From the sequence record PV636258.1: 64,000 nucleotides of DNA; one strand, 5' to 3'. The notes below the pieces were generated by a model that worked only from the letters and a program-made list of their open reading frames with translations, ran no database searches and was not told the DNA's origin. This document shows, one piece after another, positions 46,334-56,771 of this stretch. The stretch's first letter is position 1, and each line of letters opens with the position of its first letter. A program made the position numbers and the translations under genes. Origin of the DNA: a phage.

Positions 46334-49075
46334 ATGAAAATGCGCAAGTCCGAGCATTTCGTGCGCTCTTCTTCTACCATCGTCGGACAGACATTCAATG
46401 TCAAGATGACGGATAAATTATTTGAAACATTATTTTCAAGTCTCTACAAATATAAAGAGGCGGCGTCTTTGCGTGAGACGTTGTGTAATGGTATAGACTC
46501 GCATAATATGCGTGATCGCCAACAACGCTGGATGCCATCGCATTATGCTCCTCTCACTCCTATGCCTCAACGATACAGCAAACATCTTGCCCCCAAGGGA
46601 ACTCCTGTTGTTGTACATTTACCGGATGTTATGGAACCCTGGCTGGAAATTAAAGATTATGGGGTTGGTCTTCCATTAGAAATGATCATCGGCGAGCCTA
46701 TTACAGCGCGTGAAGATGAAGTGCTGGTTGAAGGTAATATCGTCGTGAAGGAAGACGAAATCCCTGATAGCACTGCTGTTATTGGTACACCTGGTTATTA
46801 TAATGGGGTACTGGTATTCCGCGCTGAGGATGGCGAGATCATTCGTGGACCTGGTTTGTATACAACACTCTTCCATAGTACAAAAGAGGACGACGACGGG
46901 CAAATAGGGGCGTTTGGGCTAGGTTCTAAATCCCCATTTGCGGTATCTGATTCATTTACAGTAGAAAGTCGCTATGAGGGGAAACTGTATCGCTTCCTGA
47001 TGTATCTGAATGCGGACAGAATCCCAACTGTGGATCTCATTACCAAGGATTTAGATACCCGTGATCCTAAACCGGAAGACACTGATGAGTTCAACGGCCT
47101 GACTGTTAAAGTTCCTGTAAAGAATCAGCGTTTTACCGCCTTTGAACAAGAGTTGGTCCGTTTGGGTCGAGTGATGCGACCTTCAATGCGACCGAAGGTT
47201 GAAAACGCCAGTTATTCTTTCCGTTGGTCTGACATCAACTTCGAAAACCGTGTAGGCAACACATATATCCAACCGAAGTCAGATTCCGACAACATCCACT
47301 ATGCTGTCATGGGCGGGGTTTCTTACCCGATAGATCTCGACCAATTGGACTCTGAAATATGCACCGTGCTGGAAAAATTCCCGAGTTCCTATACCTTCTT
47401 CGAACTTGGAGAACTGAATGTACCGCCGTCACGCGAAGACTTGTCATACGACGAATTCACTCGTGAAAGCCTGAACCGCGTGTTCAAGCATGTGGCCGAA
47501 AATATCATGCAAGCGAAGATGTATGAACTTCGCCAAGCGGAGTCAATGGGTCCTCTTATGTTGTATATGAAAAAGACTCAGCTGACTGATATGTTCGGTA
47601 GTGGTTTCCGTAAATTGGTCGAACGGGAATTTCCTGCAGATAACCGTTTCTACAAAGGCACGTTCCGTTATATCGGAGCGCCGGACGTCGTGCGCGATTA
47701 CTCTTTGGATGCACCTTTCCGGTCTATTGGTAGTCCTTACGAAATTGAAGTACACGACAACGGTGTAGTACACGACAGCATTTATGTGAACTCTGTCGGA
47801 AATTGGTTGAAATCTAAATCAAAAATTGCTGTTATTATTGATAACTCGAATCGTGCTCGAAACCTGAAGATACAAACAGCACGCAATAACTTCAATGTCG
47901 TTATCGTCGTCAAACCGAATGAAAATTATTTCAGTAATCGGAATCAGCTTGCGGCACATAAAGAATCATTTACCAACCATGAGGAATTGAAGTCTTATTT
48001 TGAATCATGGATCGGTGTACAAGAAACAACGCCGGACTACCTGGTCTTTGCCGATAAACTGATCGAGGTCTTTGGCGATTTATTCAATCCGGATGAAGTC
48101 TATTTCATGCATGAAATGGAATATGTTCGCCCGACCGTTGAAAAAGATCCTGGGATGTTTAGTTTCTATTACAATTCATTTAACTTCGACAGCGTTTATG
48201 AATTAGATGGAAAAACCGTTTCAGATATTATTGATTCGGGCAAAAAGATCGTATATATCGAAGTATCTGGCCGAGAAGGTATCCATAAAATTCATGGTAA
48301 TACCTTACGACAATCCACGGCTGGACATTTGCGTGAAGCGATGGAAAGAACGAAGTTCGGCGAGAATGGAAACGAAAACCTGTTTGATTTGCTGGGAGCA
48401 CATCCAACAATCGTTCTTGCGCGTCGTAAATCTGTTCCGATGATGAAGAAATTCCCAGAAGTATTCATCCCCATTGACGCAGTGTTTGATATGTTGCTTG
48501 AGCATTATAAAGATGAATTTCAGGCGCTTGAATCTAAGAAACTCCTGAAACTTCGCAAGGGTATAAACATCATGTCTCATCGCATTGATTATGGTGCCAA
48601 GCTGTTGATTGATTCCCATGGAAAAGTTACGGATGGCTATGCCCATCATCAACACAGGGCAAAAGCAATCATCAGTTATGCGAAACAACAAATCACTGAA
48701 GAAGAATGGAAGATTGTTCGTATGCTGGCCAAACGAAATCCGTCTGGATCGGGGTACGGTTATTTCCGCAAGGCTGTTGAGGAATTACATTATCGTATAG
48801 AAATGCCTTTCCCAACTACGAGATTTTTCCGCGCCTGTAACCAGTTAACTCAAGTTGTTGATTTATTGAATGAAAAATTAACTGCTGAAGGATTTGATGA
48901 GATAAATGTCACTAGCACTATATCTCAAAAGCAAAAGGCCAAAAACCGATACCGAGTTGAATGTCATCGTTTGGTGAAGTTCATGATGTCAAAATATCAG
49001 CCTTCGGCACACAACGCGATTGAAGATGCCACTAGATTTGTGAAGGCTATTTCAAAACGTATTCTCGGGGCATAA
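46334..49075 (+). CDS. rIIA: rIIA-like protein with N-terminal GHKL-type ATPase domain
   Basis: GHKL motifs: N-box ETLCNGIDS, G1 DYGVGLP, G2 GAFGLGSKSPF; 913 aa; followed by a second large gene as in the rIIA-rIIB pair. Confidence 0.55.
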   Translation: MKMRKSEHFVRSSSTIVGQTFNVKMTDKLFETLFSSLYKYKEAASLRETLCNGIDSHNMRDRQQRWMPSHYAPLTPMPQRYSKHLAPKGTPVVVHLPDVMEPWLEIKDYGVGLPLEMIIGEPITAREDEVLVEGNIVVKEDEIPDSTAVIGTPGYYNGVLVFRAEDGEIIRGPGLYTTLFHSTKEDDDGQIGAFGLGSKSPFAVSDSFTVESRYEGKLYRFLMYLNADRIPTVDLITKDLDTRDPKPEDTDEFNGLTVKVPVKNQRFTAFEQELVRLGRVMRPSMRPKVENASYSFRWSDINFENRVGNTYIQPKSDSDNIHYAVMGGVSYPIDLDQLDSEICTVLEKFPSSYTFFELGELNVPPSREDLSYDEFTRESLNRVFKHVAENIMQAKMYELRQAESMGPLMLYMKKTQLTDMFGSGFRKLVEREFPADNRFYKGTFRYIGAPDVVRDYSLDAPFRSIGSPYEIEVHDNGVVHDSIYVNSVGNWLKSKSKIAVIIDNSNRARNLKIQTARNNFNVVIVVKPNENYFSNRNQLAAHKESFTNHEELKSYFESWIGVQETTPDYLVFADKLIEVFGDLFNPDEVYFMHEMEYVRPTVEKDPGMFSFYYNSFNFDSVYELDGKTVSDIIDSGKKIVYIEVSGREGIHKIHGNTLRQSTAGHLREAMERTKFGENGNENLFDLLGAHPTIVLARRKSVPMMKKFPEVFIPIDAVFDMLLEHYKDEFQALESKKLLKLRKGINIMSHRIDYGAKLLIDSHGKVTDGYAHHQHRAKAIISYAKQQITEEEWKIVRMLAKRNPSGSGYGYFRKAVEELHYRIEMPFPTTRFFRACNQLTQVVDLLNEKLTAEGFDEINVTSTISQKQKAKNRYRVECHRLVKFMMSKYQPSAHNAIEDATRFVKAISKRILGA

Positions 49076-49107
49076 TAGCCCCATTACCCCACAGTGAGAA
49101 CTACAAG

Positions 49108-50691
49108 ATGAATGCTATAGAAAAACGTATTCTCAAGCTGTTGAATGAGAACAGAAGTCAAAGTTCAATAGCCAGTGAATTGGGCGTACCGCGCTCAATG
49201 ATACAACGCGTGTCGGATAAAGAACTGGGAGTGGATCCAGCTTCGATTAAGTCTCTGACTACTGAACAGATTCAAGAAATACAAACCAAGAGCAGCAAAG
49301 GTGAAAGCAATTCTTCTCTGGCATCAGTTTATGGCGTCAGTGCCAAAACAATTGCCCGCGCCCTGATGGTTCGTATCATCAAAGAATCTAATAACGTGGT
49401 CGTGATTTCGCCAATTAAAGAATTGACTGAAGAAGGGAAAATCCCCGACACCTATGAAGTTCTGGAAGGTTCGGTGTCTGTCGATTCTGAAGGCGAAGAA
49501 TGGTATGTTGGCCGTTTCCTGGAAAACCAAACAGTGTTTATCTGTATGCGTTACGATAGCTCTGCTGCTATTCAGGCCAAACTTTTCAGAAGCGAAGAAC
49601 TGAAACCGTTAGAAACTCGGTCAAGCCGCTTCAATGAAGAAAACATTTCTCCGTTGGCCGAATTGGCGACAGCACTGGTTGATGGCGTTACCAAAGTCAA
49701 TGACGGCGTGGTAATCAGTGTACAACATGACGGCGAAACATACCCGATGCGCGGTTCCCTTGATGCCCGTCGGCGTGTGGGATACTTTGACGCAATTCTG
49801 GGGCGTACACTTCGACTGGCGTTGTCGTCTGTTGTTTTCTCGGTTAAGACAACGGCTGTTGAGGAAGAGTCTGGCGACAAACAAACTCAGAATTCATTTA
49901 ACGAAAAAGATCTGTCGGTGTTCTTGAATGAGCACCAGATCATGATTTTACCGGAAAGCATCGTTATCGTTATGGATGGCAAACCGGAAACGATAACCAC
50001 AAGCCATCAGGCGTATGATCGTATTGTTGAAGCGATTAAAAATCGTGACGTCAAAACAGCGTACACTCTGATGAAACCGCGTGAAGCCATCAGCAAATTC
50101 ACTACAGGCATGGTTGATTTATCTGACAACCGTGTGCGCTGGGGTGGCTATGACATCACGGGAACTTCCGTCGCCAAACGCGTTTTGGCACTGGCATTAA
50201 AAGGCGATTATCCAAACTTAGAACGCTTGGGTCGTTTTCTGGACAAAATGTTTCAAAACCCGAGCGCCGCGCTGGTTCAGTCCGGTCGAATCTATGAATT
50301 CATGGCATATTCGGATATCGAAATTCATGAAGACGGTGATATCATCCTGTATAAATCCGTTCGCGGTAACTACATGGACAAGCGCACAGGAAAAGTTAGT
50401 AATGCTCCTGGGACCATTGTTCGGATGGCTCGCTCATTCGTGAACGATAACAACAAAGATCTGTGCTCTTACGGTCTTCACGTTTGTTCTCTGGCTTATC
50501 TGAAACAATGTTTTGGTAGCCTGGGACAACGCGTTGTCCGTTGCAAACTGAACCCGAAAGATATCGTGTCTATCACTGATGATTATGGCTCCAGTAAAAT
50601 CCGCTGCTGTGAATATCTGGTATTAGACGATTACACCACGGAATACAACCGCCAACATAAATCCATTGATGTTGAAGGTCTATACAAGTAA
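49108..50691 (+). CDS. rIIB: rIIB-like protein (by synteny)
   Basis: 527-aa ORF immediately downstream of the rIIA-like gene; no independent motif. Confidence 0.4.
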   Translation: MNAIEKRILKLLNENRSQSSIASELGVPRSMIQRVSDKELGVDPASIKSLTTEQIQEIQTKSSKGESNSSLASVYGVSAKTIARALMVRIIKESNNVVVISPIKELTEEGKIPDTYEVLEGSVSVDSEGEEWYVGRFLENQTVFICMRYDSSAAIQAKLFRSEELKPLETRSSRFNEENISPLAELATALVDGVTKVNDGVVISVQHDGETYPMRGSLDARRRVGYFDAILGRTLRLALSSVVFSVKTTAVEEESGDKQTQNSFNEKDLSVFLNEHQIMILPESIVIVMDGKPETITTSHQAYDRIVEAIKNRDVKTAYTLMKPREAISKFTTGMVDLSDNRVRWGGYDITGTSVAKRVLALALKGDYPNLERLGRFLDKMFQNPSAALVQSGRIYEFMAYSDIEIHEDGDIILYKSVRGNYMDKRTGKVSNAPGTIVRMARSFVNDNNKDLCSYGLHVCSLAYLKQCFGSLGQRVVRCKLNPKDIVSITDDYGSSKIRCCEYLVLDDYTTEYNRQHKSIDVEGLYK

Positions 50692-50707
50692 GTGTAAATG
50701 GATATAA

Positions 50708-50735
50708 AAGGGAGGCTTCGGCCTCCTTTTCTTTG
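50708..50735 (+). terminator. Intrinsic terminator with UUCG loop
   Basis: GGGAGGC-TTCG-GCCTCC then TTTTCTTT. Confidence 0.7.
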
Positions 50736-50743
50736 AGGTGAAT

Positions 50744-51043
50744 ATGGAAACTAGAGATGTTTACTTCGTGTATGAACAACAAGCATTTGGTTCATTACGC
50801 CGGAAAACAAAATTCCTTGTTGATTCATTCCAATTTGAAGGAGAACTCAAGGAATACTCGTTCAGGAATTTTCCTCCGAGAGAAGTCATAGGCGACCAGT
50901 TCGTGAAATTATTTTGTCGTTGTGGCGGCTGTGACTTTAACGACGACGGATATTCCATGCATGTTTATTGCTGCAATTGTTGTGGTAAATATATTACAGT
51001 CTATAGGAGAACTGATCATGGCGAAGACACAAAAGAAAATTGA
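50744..51043 (+). CDS. Cys-rich small protein, possible zinc ribbon
   Basis: CRCGGCDF ... CCNCCGKY; ATG 50744 with GAGGTG SD. Confidence 0.45.
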   Translation: METRDVYFVYEQQAFGSLRRKTKFLVDSFQFEGELKEYSFRNFPPREVIGDQFVKLFCRCGGCDFNDDGYSMHVYCCNCCGKYITVYRRTDHGEDTKEN

Positions 51044-51431
51044 AAACACTCAAACCATTCAAGAAATCACTGCACAGGAAGAAAATAAACTTCCCAGTTA
51101 TCTGCAACGCGTGGTGGATAACGTGCCTCAGGGCGGCGACGGCGGTATTGTCTACGCTGGTGACTACGGTTGGGTGTGTGAATATAAAGACGGCTCTAAG
51201 GAGCTTCTAGAGGAACTCACCGGACTTGCCGGAACTTTGCGCCGTTATGGGTTAGATAAATTCGGTAAACCTATGAAACCAGGTACTGTGGTATCAACCG
51301 ATATTACAGTTGAAGTTCTTCTTTTGCTTGATATCAATGATCTTAAAACGCTTGCGGAACCCCTGGGTATCGACGCGACTGACCGTAATGAAATAATCTC
51401 GCAATTGACTGAAAAACTGCAGATTAAATAA
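51018..51431 (+). CDS. Hypothetical protein (137 aa)
   Basis: ORF 50922-51431 with start moved to ATG 51018 (MAKTQKK), AGGAGA SD. Confidence 0.45.
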   Translation: MAKTQKKIENTQTIQEITAQEENKLPSYLQRVVDNVPQGGDGGIVYAGDYGWVCEYKDGSKELLEELTGLAGTLRRYGLDKFGKPMKPGTVVSTDITVEVLLLLDINDLKTLAEPLGIDATDRNEIISQLTEKLQIK

Positions 51432-51463
51432 TCCCAGTGTATAACTGCTGATTATAATTCAAT

Positions 51464-51856
51464 ATGGCTATCGTTGACGAAAGCAATTTGATGGAGTACG
51501 CTCTAAGACATTATATCACCCCTGGTGTCTCAAGAGATGATTTGATGGTAGACATTCAGCGAATTTCGCTAATTAATCAATCATTGAAAAGATTTGTGCC
51601 AGGGAAAAGTCCTCGCGTACTTATCAATCAATTGATTATCCTTTTCAATACCTTTGAAACCGAAGCCGTGTGCCGAATGTTGGTGTTGAAAACGGATAAG
51701 AACCAACATCCTCGTCTTAAAGCAGCGCTGTTGACGTTAGGAGTTTGGCGAGATGATTTATGTTCCGGTTCATACGAACCAGATAATGAGCTGATGATGG
51801 CTCTGAACAACGATTTGGATGAGTGGAGGAAACCATGCCAACAATCACAGTATTAG
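51464..51856 (+). CDS. Hypothetical protein (130 aa)
   Basis: ATG-initiated ORF. Confidence 0.45.
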   Translation: MAIVDESNLMEYALRHYITPGVSRDDLMVDIQRISLINQSLKRFVPGKSPRVLINQLIILFNTFETEAVCRMLVLKTDKNQHPRLKAALLTLGVWRDDLCSGSYEPDNELMMALNNDLDEWRKPCQQSQY

Positions 51857-52644
51857 TCGCACCGGAAGTTGTCCGCAACAAACCCGAAACCGAACGCAAT
51901 CATGTCGTGACGGGTGTTGCAAAGGGTTGGCAAAAGACCAGCCTCAACCAAGATCCTGACGAGATCCTGACCGAATGTAAAGGTCTTGACGCTCTTCTCA
52001 CCAAGAGCAATTTACAAGCGGACGGTGTCACCAAAGTGGATCCCACCAAGCCTATCGGCTTTCAAGTATCTTATGAAATCCACGATCCGAATGCTATTTT
52101 AACCACCGGACTTGTGATTACTCCAGCTACAGCCAGCGGAGAGATCGGACAATTTGTTGAATTGCTAGCGACGGTATCCCCTGCCAATGCCACATATCAA
52201 GGCGTTAATTGGTATTCTGGTGATATTACGAAAGCTGTACATGTCGGTGGTGGTAAATTCAAATTGCTGGCTTCAGGAACTGTAACGGTTTATGGTGTCA
52301 CGGTTGAAGGGAATCACACAGATTCTACGGTTATTACAGTTGCAGGCGCTCTATCGCTGTCGACTGATTTACCTGCCACCAAAGACGTGACTTCTGGACA
52401 AGACGGAACCTTTAGTGTTGTTGCTGCGGGCGGTACAACTCCATACACTTATGTGTGGCATTTCTCTGATACTCCTGGGGGTGCGGGGTCAGTTATCGAT
52501 GCTGGCACTAATGCCACCGCCGCCACTGCTAACCTGGTTATCACAGCAGTTGAAGCCGCAAATGAAGGCGAATATTGGTGTGTTGTTTCTGATGCAGATG
52601 GCCATTCTGTCACGTCTACTCGTTGTGAAATGGCTGTGGTGTAA
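51835..52644 (+). CDS. Ig-like domain protein (possible capsid-decoration or adhesin-like)
   Basis: Two Ig/BIG2-like segments, second ends with EGEYWCVVSDADG typical of Ig-fold strand F; start at ATG 51835 with GGAGGA SD. Confidence 0.5.
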   Translation: MPTITVLVAPEVVRNKPETERNHVVTGVAKGWQKTSLNQDPDEILTECKGLDALLTKSNLQADGVTKVDPTKPIGFQVSYEIHDPNAILTTGLVITPATASGEIGQFVELLATVSPANATYQGVNWYSGDITKAVHVGGGKFKLLASGTVTVYGVTVEGNHTDSTVITVAGALSLSTDLPATKDVTSGQDGTFSVVAAGGTTPYTYVWHFSDTPGGAGSVIDAGTNATAATANLVITAVEAANEGEYWCVVSDADGHSVTSTRCEMAVV

Positions 52645-52647
52645 TTT

Positions 52648-52869
52648 ATGAAGAGCTTCCAGGATTTCCTTGAAGACTCTTCTGCTCCGGCAACCACGAC
52701 CGCCGATGTGGGGAAACCCGAAGGCGGTATGGTTAAGGAGCCTGTCAAAAAACCAAAAGATCTTGAAGAAGAGTCTGATTTTAAAAAGATCTTTGGCAGC
52801 ATTTTCAAAGATTTGGATTTATCCAAGGCGCGAAAATGGAATTTCAGGACAGGCCAATACGACGATTAA
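52648..52869 (+). CDS. Small hypothetical protein (73 aa)
   Basis: ATG-initiated ORF followed by terminator. Confidence 0.4.
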   Translation: MKSFQDFLEDSSAPATTTADVGKPEGGMVKEPVKKPKDLEEESDFKKIFGSIFKDLDLSKARKWNFRTGQYDD

Positions 52870-52895
52870 AGAGGCTTCGGCCTCTTTTTCATTTC
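52868..52895 (+). terminator. Intrinsic terminator with UUCG loop
   Basis: AAAGAGGC-TTCG-GCCTCTTT then TTCATTT. Confidence 0.7.
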
Positions 52896-52956
52896 CAGCA
52901 TTGGGTGTATAATGGACCCGTTCCCCATGAGCGGAACCTAACTGAGGATATACCAA

Positions 52957-53466
52957 ATGCAATCTATGATCAAACGTAAAATAGAAATCTCCATGAATGC
53001 CCATGTCGATATGATCCAGCAGCTTGTGGCAGATGCGTATGAGATACAAAAGGAACGTCAAATTAGGGGAGTGATAGACCCTATTTGCTCCGGCAACATG
53101 CTCTACTACAGAATGCTCCGCCAGACCGGACATACAGCCGCTCTGAAGAAACTACTTTCTAAAAAGTTTCAGGTCGAAAACGACGCATATGTGTTTGGCA
53201 TCTTCCATACTTCTCGTGAACGTGATGCATTCTTCTATCCTTCCCGCAACCCTCAGACGGGCGAAGAATTACTTATCCCTGATGTCGACAAGAAAGAGAG
53301 CACGACGACAATCACCCATTTCATGGGGACCAGGATCGATAAGGCTAACATAATCGTGTTCTCTGACACTCTACATGATGTAAAACGTTTAGCCGCTGCC
53401 CGTGAAATGTTGCAGGATGCTCGGACCAGTCTCACAAATTTGACTTTAGTAGTGTTTCTGGGCTAG
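52957..53466 (+). CDS. Hypothetical protein (169 aa)
   Basis: ATG with GAGGA SD. Confidence 0.5.
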   Translation: MQSMIKRKIEISMNAHVDMIQQLVADAYEIQKERQIRGVIDPICSGNMLYYRMLRQTGHTAALKKLLSKKFQVENDAYVFGIFHTSRERDAFFYPSRNPQTGEELLIPDVDKKESTTTITHFMGTRIDKANIIVFSDTLHDVKRLAAAREMLQDARTSLTNLTLVVFLG

Positions 53467-53513
53467 ATATCTGTGTGGGGAGAGAACTCCCCATTTTGAA
53501 TCGGAGGTGATTT

Positions 53514-53705
53514 ATGTTACGTTGCAAGAGAGGTTCCAACTCCTTTAAGTTGGGTATGCTGACTGGAGTAACGTTCATGATTGCTTTAGACAGCCTTGTG
53601 GGACTGCTTTCCCTTCCTGATTTCAGGATGGAACGATTCATATTGTTAGTTCTATTTGGCGGTGTCTCGGTTATTAGTGCTTTGAAAGCGTACAAAAAGA
53701 TCTGA
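53514..53705 (+). CDS. Small membrane protein (63 aa)
   Basis: GGAGGTG SD; two hydrophobic segments. Confidence 0.45.
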   Translation: MLRCKRGSNSFKLGMLTGVTFMIALDSLVGLLSLPDFRMERFILLVLFGGVSVISALKAYKKI

Positions 53706-53746
53706 TTTAACTCACACACAGCAATTTTGATTTGAGACCCTATATC

Positions 53747-54232
53747 ATGCTCCCATTACTCAATGTTCCAAAAGAACGTATGACGCCGGATAGTGAAGGC
53801 AAGACCCATTACAACATATACAGTCGAAGCCGCACAGAACTAGGCAGATTCCTTTCCCATTTTGCATACCATCCCATGGATACTGTTGATGGTAATTTCA
53901 ACTCAATAGAAGGCTACTGGTATTGGCTAAAATATCGCCACGACGACTTGCGTAGTCTTTATGGGAACGACGCCAAGCAATTTGGACAAACCCTGGCCAA
54001 GTCACGCATCGTTGTATTGTCCCCTGATGATCCCAAATTTAAACGAGACATTATCGCAGCAACGAGTCAAAAATTGCTGACAATGCCATCCAAGTTGAGA
54101 TTCCAATTGGCCCATAGCCGTCTCCCCCTGATTCACGCTTATGAACATCAGGGGAAATACAGTTTTCAAAACTCTATGGATTTTATCATACAGCATATTA
54201 ACCGCTTCCGTCTAGAAGGATATTTGAAATGA
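53747..54232 (+). CDS. NADAR/YbiA-like domain protein
   Basis: NIYSRS...GRFLSHFAYHP...VDGNFNSIEGYWYWLKY aligns by eye to the YbiA core NFYSTS...GDFSNFAAWP...DGKTWPTSEHYFQAQKF (recalled from memory). Confidence 0.45.
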   Translation: MLPLLNVPKERMTPDSEGKTHYNIYSRSRTELGRFLSHFAYHPMDTVDGNFNSIEGYWYWLKYRHDDLRSLYGNDAKQFGQTLAKSRIVVLSPDDPKFKRDIIAATSQKLLTMPSKLRFQLAHSRLPLIHAYEHQGKYSFQNSMDFIIQHINRFRLEGYLK

Positions 54233-54807
54233 ATTTTCTAAAAACTATCTTCAACACATCATATGAACTCAGCCAGCGCGATTCTAATCGTTCTCCTGTG
54301 TTTGTATATTGCAAACTCGTGGAAGAGTCTTGTGAACTATCAGATGTGCTTTATGGAATCGCTGCATCCGAACCCCTGAACGGTGAAGTGGCGGACGTTA
54401 TCATCTCGGCTCTGGATCTATTATATGTTGTGGATTATCAACAAGTTCAACAACATGGGTCTATGACCAAAGAAGAAATCTTTGACTCCATGTTGTTTGC
54501 TTTGGCTACAGCCAATCACACAACTGATCTCAGCCAACATACGTTGGAGGATTATTGGTTCTGCAGTGGTGTTGAAACTATAGACAAATATCTTGCGATG
54601 GTTAATCATTACAAAGGCCGCATCACTCGTTTACTGAACCAACCTCAACGTTCAGAAGATAATATGGTGGACCTGGTTTCAAATCTGATACGCAATACTG
54701 CCAAATTGGCGTGTGGATATAATCAAAACCATATCAACACGATCGTTAAAGTGGAACATGCCATAGAACACAAAGTGGAAAAATGGCGCACTAAATTTGG
54801 TCTATAA
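54229..54807 (+). CDS. MazG-like all-alpha nucleoside triphosphate pyrophosphohydrolase
   Basis: KLVEESCELSDVL (EExxEL) and EVADVIISALDL motifs; ATGA start-stop overlap with upstream gene. Confidence 0.45.
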   Translation: MNFLKTIFNTSYELSQRDSNRSPVFVYCKLVEESCELSDVLYGIAASEPLNGEVADVIISALDLLYVVDYQQVQQHGSMTKEEIFDSMLFALATANHTTDLSQHTLEDYWFCSGVETIDKYLAMVNHYKGRITRLLNQPQRSEDNMVDLVSNLIRNTAKLACGYNQNHINTIVKVEHAIEHKVEKWRTKFGL

Positions 54808-54856
54808 GCCAACCCCATACATAATCTTGTGTGTTTACCATTGACGGGATAGGCCG

Positions 54857-56770
54857 ATGTCCAACAAAATTGATATTGAACGCAAATACAAAAAGCTCAC
54901 TCACATAGAGCATATCCTACTTCGCCCAGAGCGTCATCTGGGCAGTATTCGTTCGTCTGTGGGGACGGTGTGGGTGTATGACCCAACCAAAGACAAAGTC
55001 ATCTTTCGTGACAACTTTGAGTACTCCCCTGCGCTGATCAAACAGTTTGATGAAATCATCACCAACTGTGTTGACCACAGCAAGACCCCTGAGGGTAAAG
55101 GCTTGACGGAAATCACCGTCACGGTCTCTCCTATGAACGGTCAAATCATCGTTTCTGACAACGGGGGTATCCCTGTGGTCAAGCATGGCGTCACCAATGA
55201 GTGGCTCCCTGAGATGTTGTTTGGCTCGCTCTATGCGGGCAGCAACTTCAACGATGAGGACGAGGAGTACAACAACCAGAAGTCCGGCGGCCAGAACGGT
55301 GAAGGGGCTTCGCTCGTCAACGTGTTCTCAAAGTGGTTCCGCGTTGCTACCAGTGACGGCAAGAAGTCTTATACTCAGCTGTTTGAAGACAACATGAGCA
55401 AGAAGTCCAATCCGGTCATCGGCAATACACCGAAAGAGTTCGGCACCACTATTGCCTGGATCCCTGATTATGCGCGCCTGGGTGTTAAGGGGCTTGACCA
55501 GAACAACCTGCTCATGATTTACCGTCGTGCATTCGAAGTGGCGGCATGCAACCCGCGCCTGAAGGTTGTTCTCAACGGCAAGCAAATCCGCATTGATCGC
55601 TTTGGTCACTTCGTTGATTACTTCTACGCTGGCTCGGCTGTTGATGAAACGGATGATTGGTCTGTTGCTATCACTCCCTCATCTGGTGTGTTCATGCATG
55701 CGTCATACGTGAACTCAATCGCCACGCACATCGGTGGACCTCACGTTGATTATGTTGCTGACCAGATCGTGGCGGCGATACGCCCTCAGCTGGTTAAGAA
55801 GTTCAAGACCGAACTGAAGCCAGCGATGATCAAGAACCACATGTCATTGTTCATCGCCGCCGACATCAACAACCCTCGCTTTGACAGCCAGACCAAGGAG
55901 CGCATGACGACTCCTGTGAGCCAGTTTGGTACGTCCTACAAGCCCAGCGATAAACTGATTCGCAAGGCGCTTGAGTTCGTGACAGCAGGGCTGAGTAAAG
56001 AACTGGCTTCATTACGCAATGAACAAGAAGATGCCGAATTTGAAAAGGCGAAGAAGGATATCAGCAAACGGGATTATCGTGAGATTGAGAAGTATTATCC
56101 GGCGACCGCCAGAGGCGACCGCAGTGGGTGTTCTCTGCTACTGACAGAAGGTGATAGCGCATCCAACCCTATCCTGAACGCTCGTGATACCAAGAAAATT
56201 GGTTTGTTCCCGCTTCGTGGTAAGTTCATCAACTGCCTGAACGCCCCGCGCTCAAAGGTGATGGCGAACGAAGAATTCAAGAATTTATGCACCATTCACG
56301 GCGGTGCTGTGCCAGGCCAGCCGCTTGATATCAGTCGCTATCCACAGACCGTCGTGGCAACAGACGCGGATGACGACGGCATTCATATCCGTGGGTTGTT
56401 AATAACTCTGTATTGTACGTTCTGGCCTGAATACGTTCGTCAGGGTAGGCTGAAGCTCCTTCGTACTCCATACATGCGCGTGTGGTGTGGTAATATAATG
56501 CACGAATTCATGAACAATGCCGAATATGAGGAGTTCCTGAAGACACCTGACGCCAAGAAGATCACGAAGAAGAAATATCTGAAAGGTCTTGGCGGTAACA
56601 GCACTGAAGACTTCAAGCGTATTCTAAACAACCTGGATGCGTATACTACGACGGTCACGCTGGACGATGGATACAAGCAGTCACTGAAGAATGGCTTCGG
56701 TGATGAGGCTGCTGATTACCGCAAAACCTGGTTTAGCGATGTTTGCCTATTTGAAACCGAGGATGAATAA
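54857..56770 (+). CDS. DNA topoisomerase II large subunit (GyrB-like ATPase plus Toprim; T4 gp39/gp60-like)
   Basis: GHKL motifs (ITNCVDHS, DNGGIP, GGQNGEGAS) and Toprim motifs (LLTEGDSA, DADDDGIHIRGL). Confidence 0.85.
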   Translation: MSNKIDIERKYKKLTHIEHILLRPERHLGSIRSSVGTVWVYDPTKDKVIFRDNFEYSPALIKQFDEIITNCVDHSKTPEGKGLTEITVTVSPMNGQIIVSDNGGIPVVKHGVTNEWLPEMLFGSLYAGSNFNDEDEEYNNQKSGGQNGEGASLVNVFSKWFRVATSDGKKSYTQLFEDNMSKKSNPVIGNTPKEFGTTIAWIPDYARLGVKGLDQNNLLMIYRRAFEVAACNPRLKVVLNGKQIRIDRFGHFVDYFYAGSAVDETDDWSVAITPSSGVFMHASYVNSIATHIGGPHVDYVADQIVAAIRPQLVKKFKTELKPAMIKNHMSLFIAADINNPRFDSQTKERMTTPVSQFGTSYKPSDKLIRKALEFVTAGLSKELASLRNEQEDAEFEKAKKDISKRDYREIEKYYPATARGDRSGCSLLLTEGDSASNPILNARDTKKIGLFPLRGKFINCLNAPRSKVMANEEFKNLCTIHGGAVPGQPLDISRYPQTVVATDADDDGIHIRGLLITLYCTFWPEYVRQGRLKLLRTPYMRVWCGNIMHEFMNNAEYEEFLKTPDAKKITKKKYLKGLGGNSTEDFKRILNNLDAYTTTVTLDDGYKQSLKNGFGDEAADYRKTWFSDVCLFETEDE

Positions 56771-56771
56771 G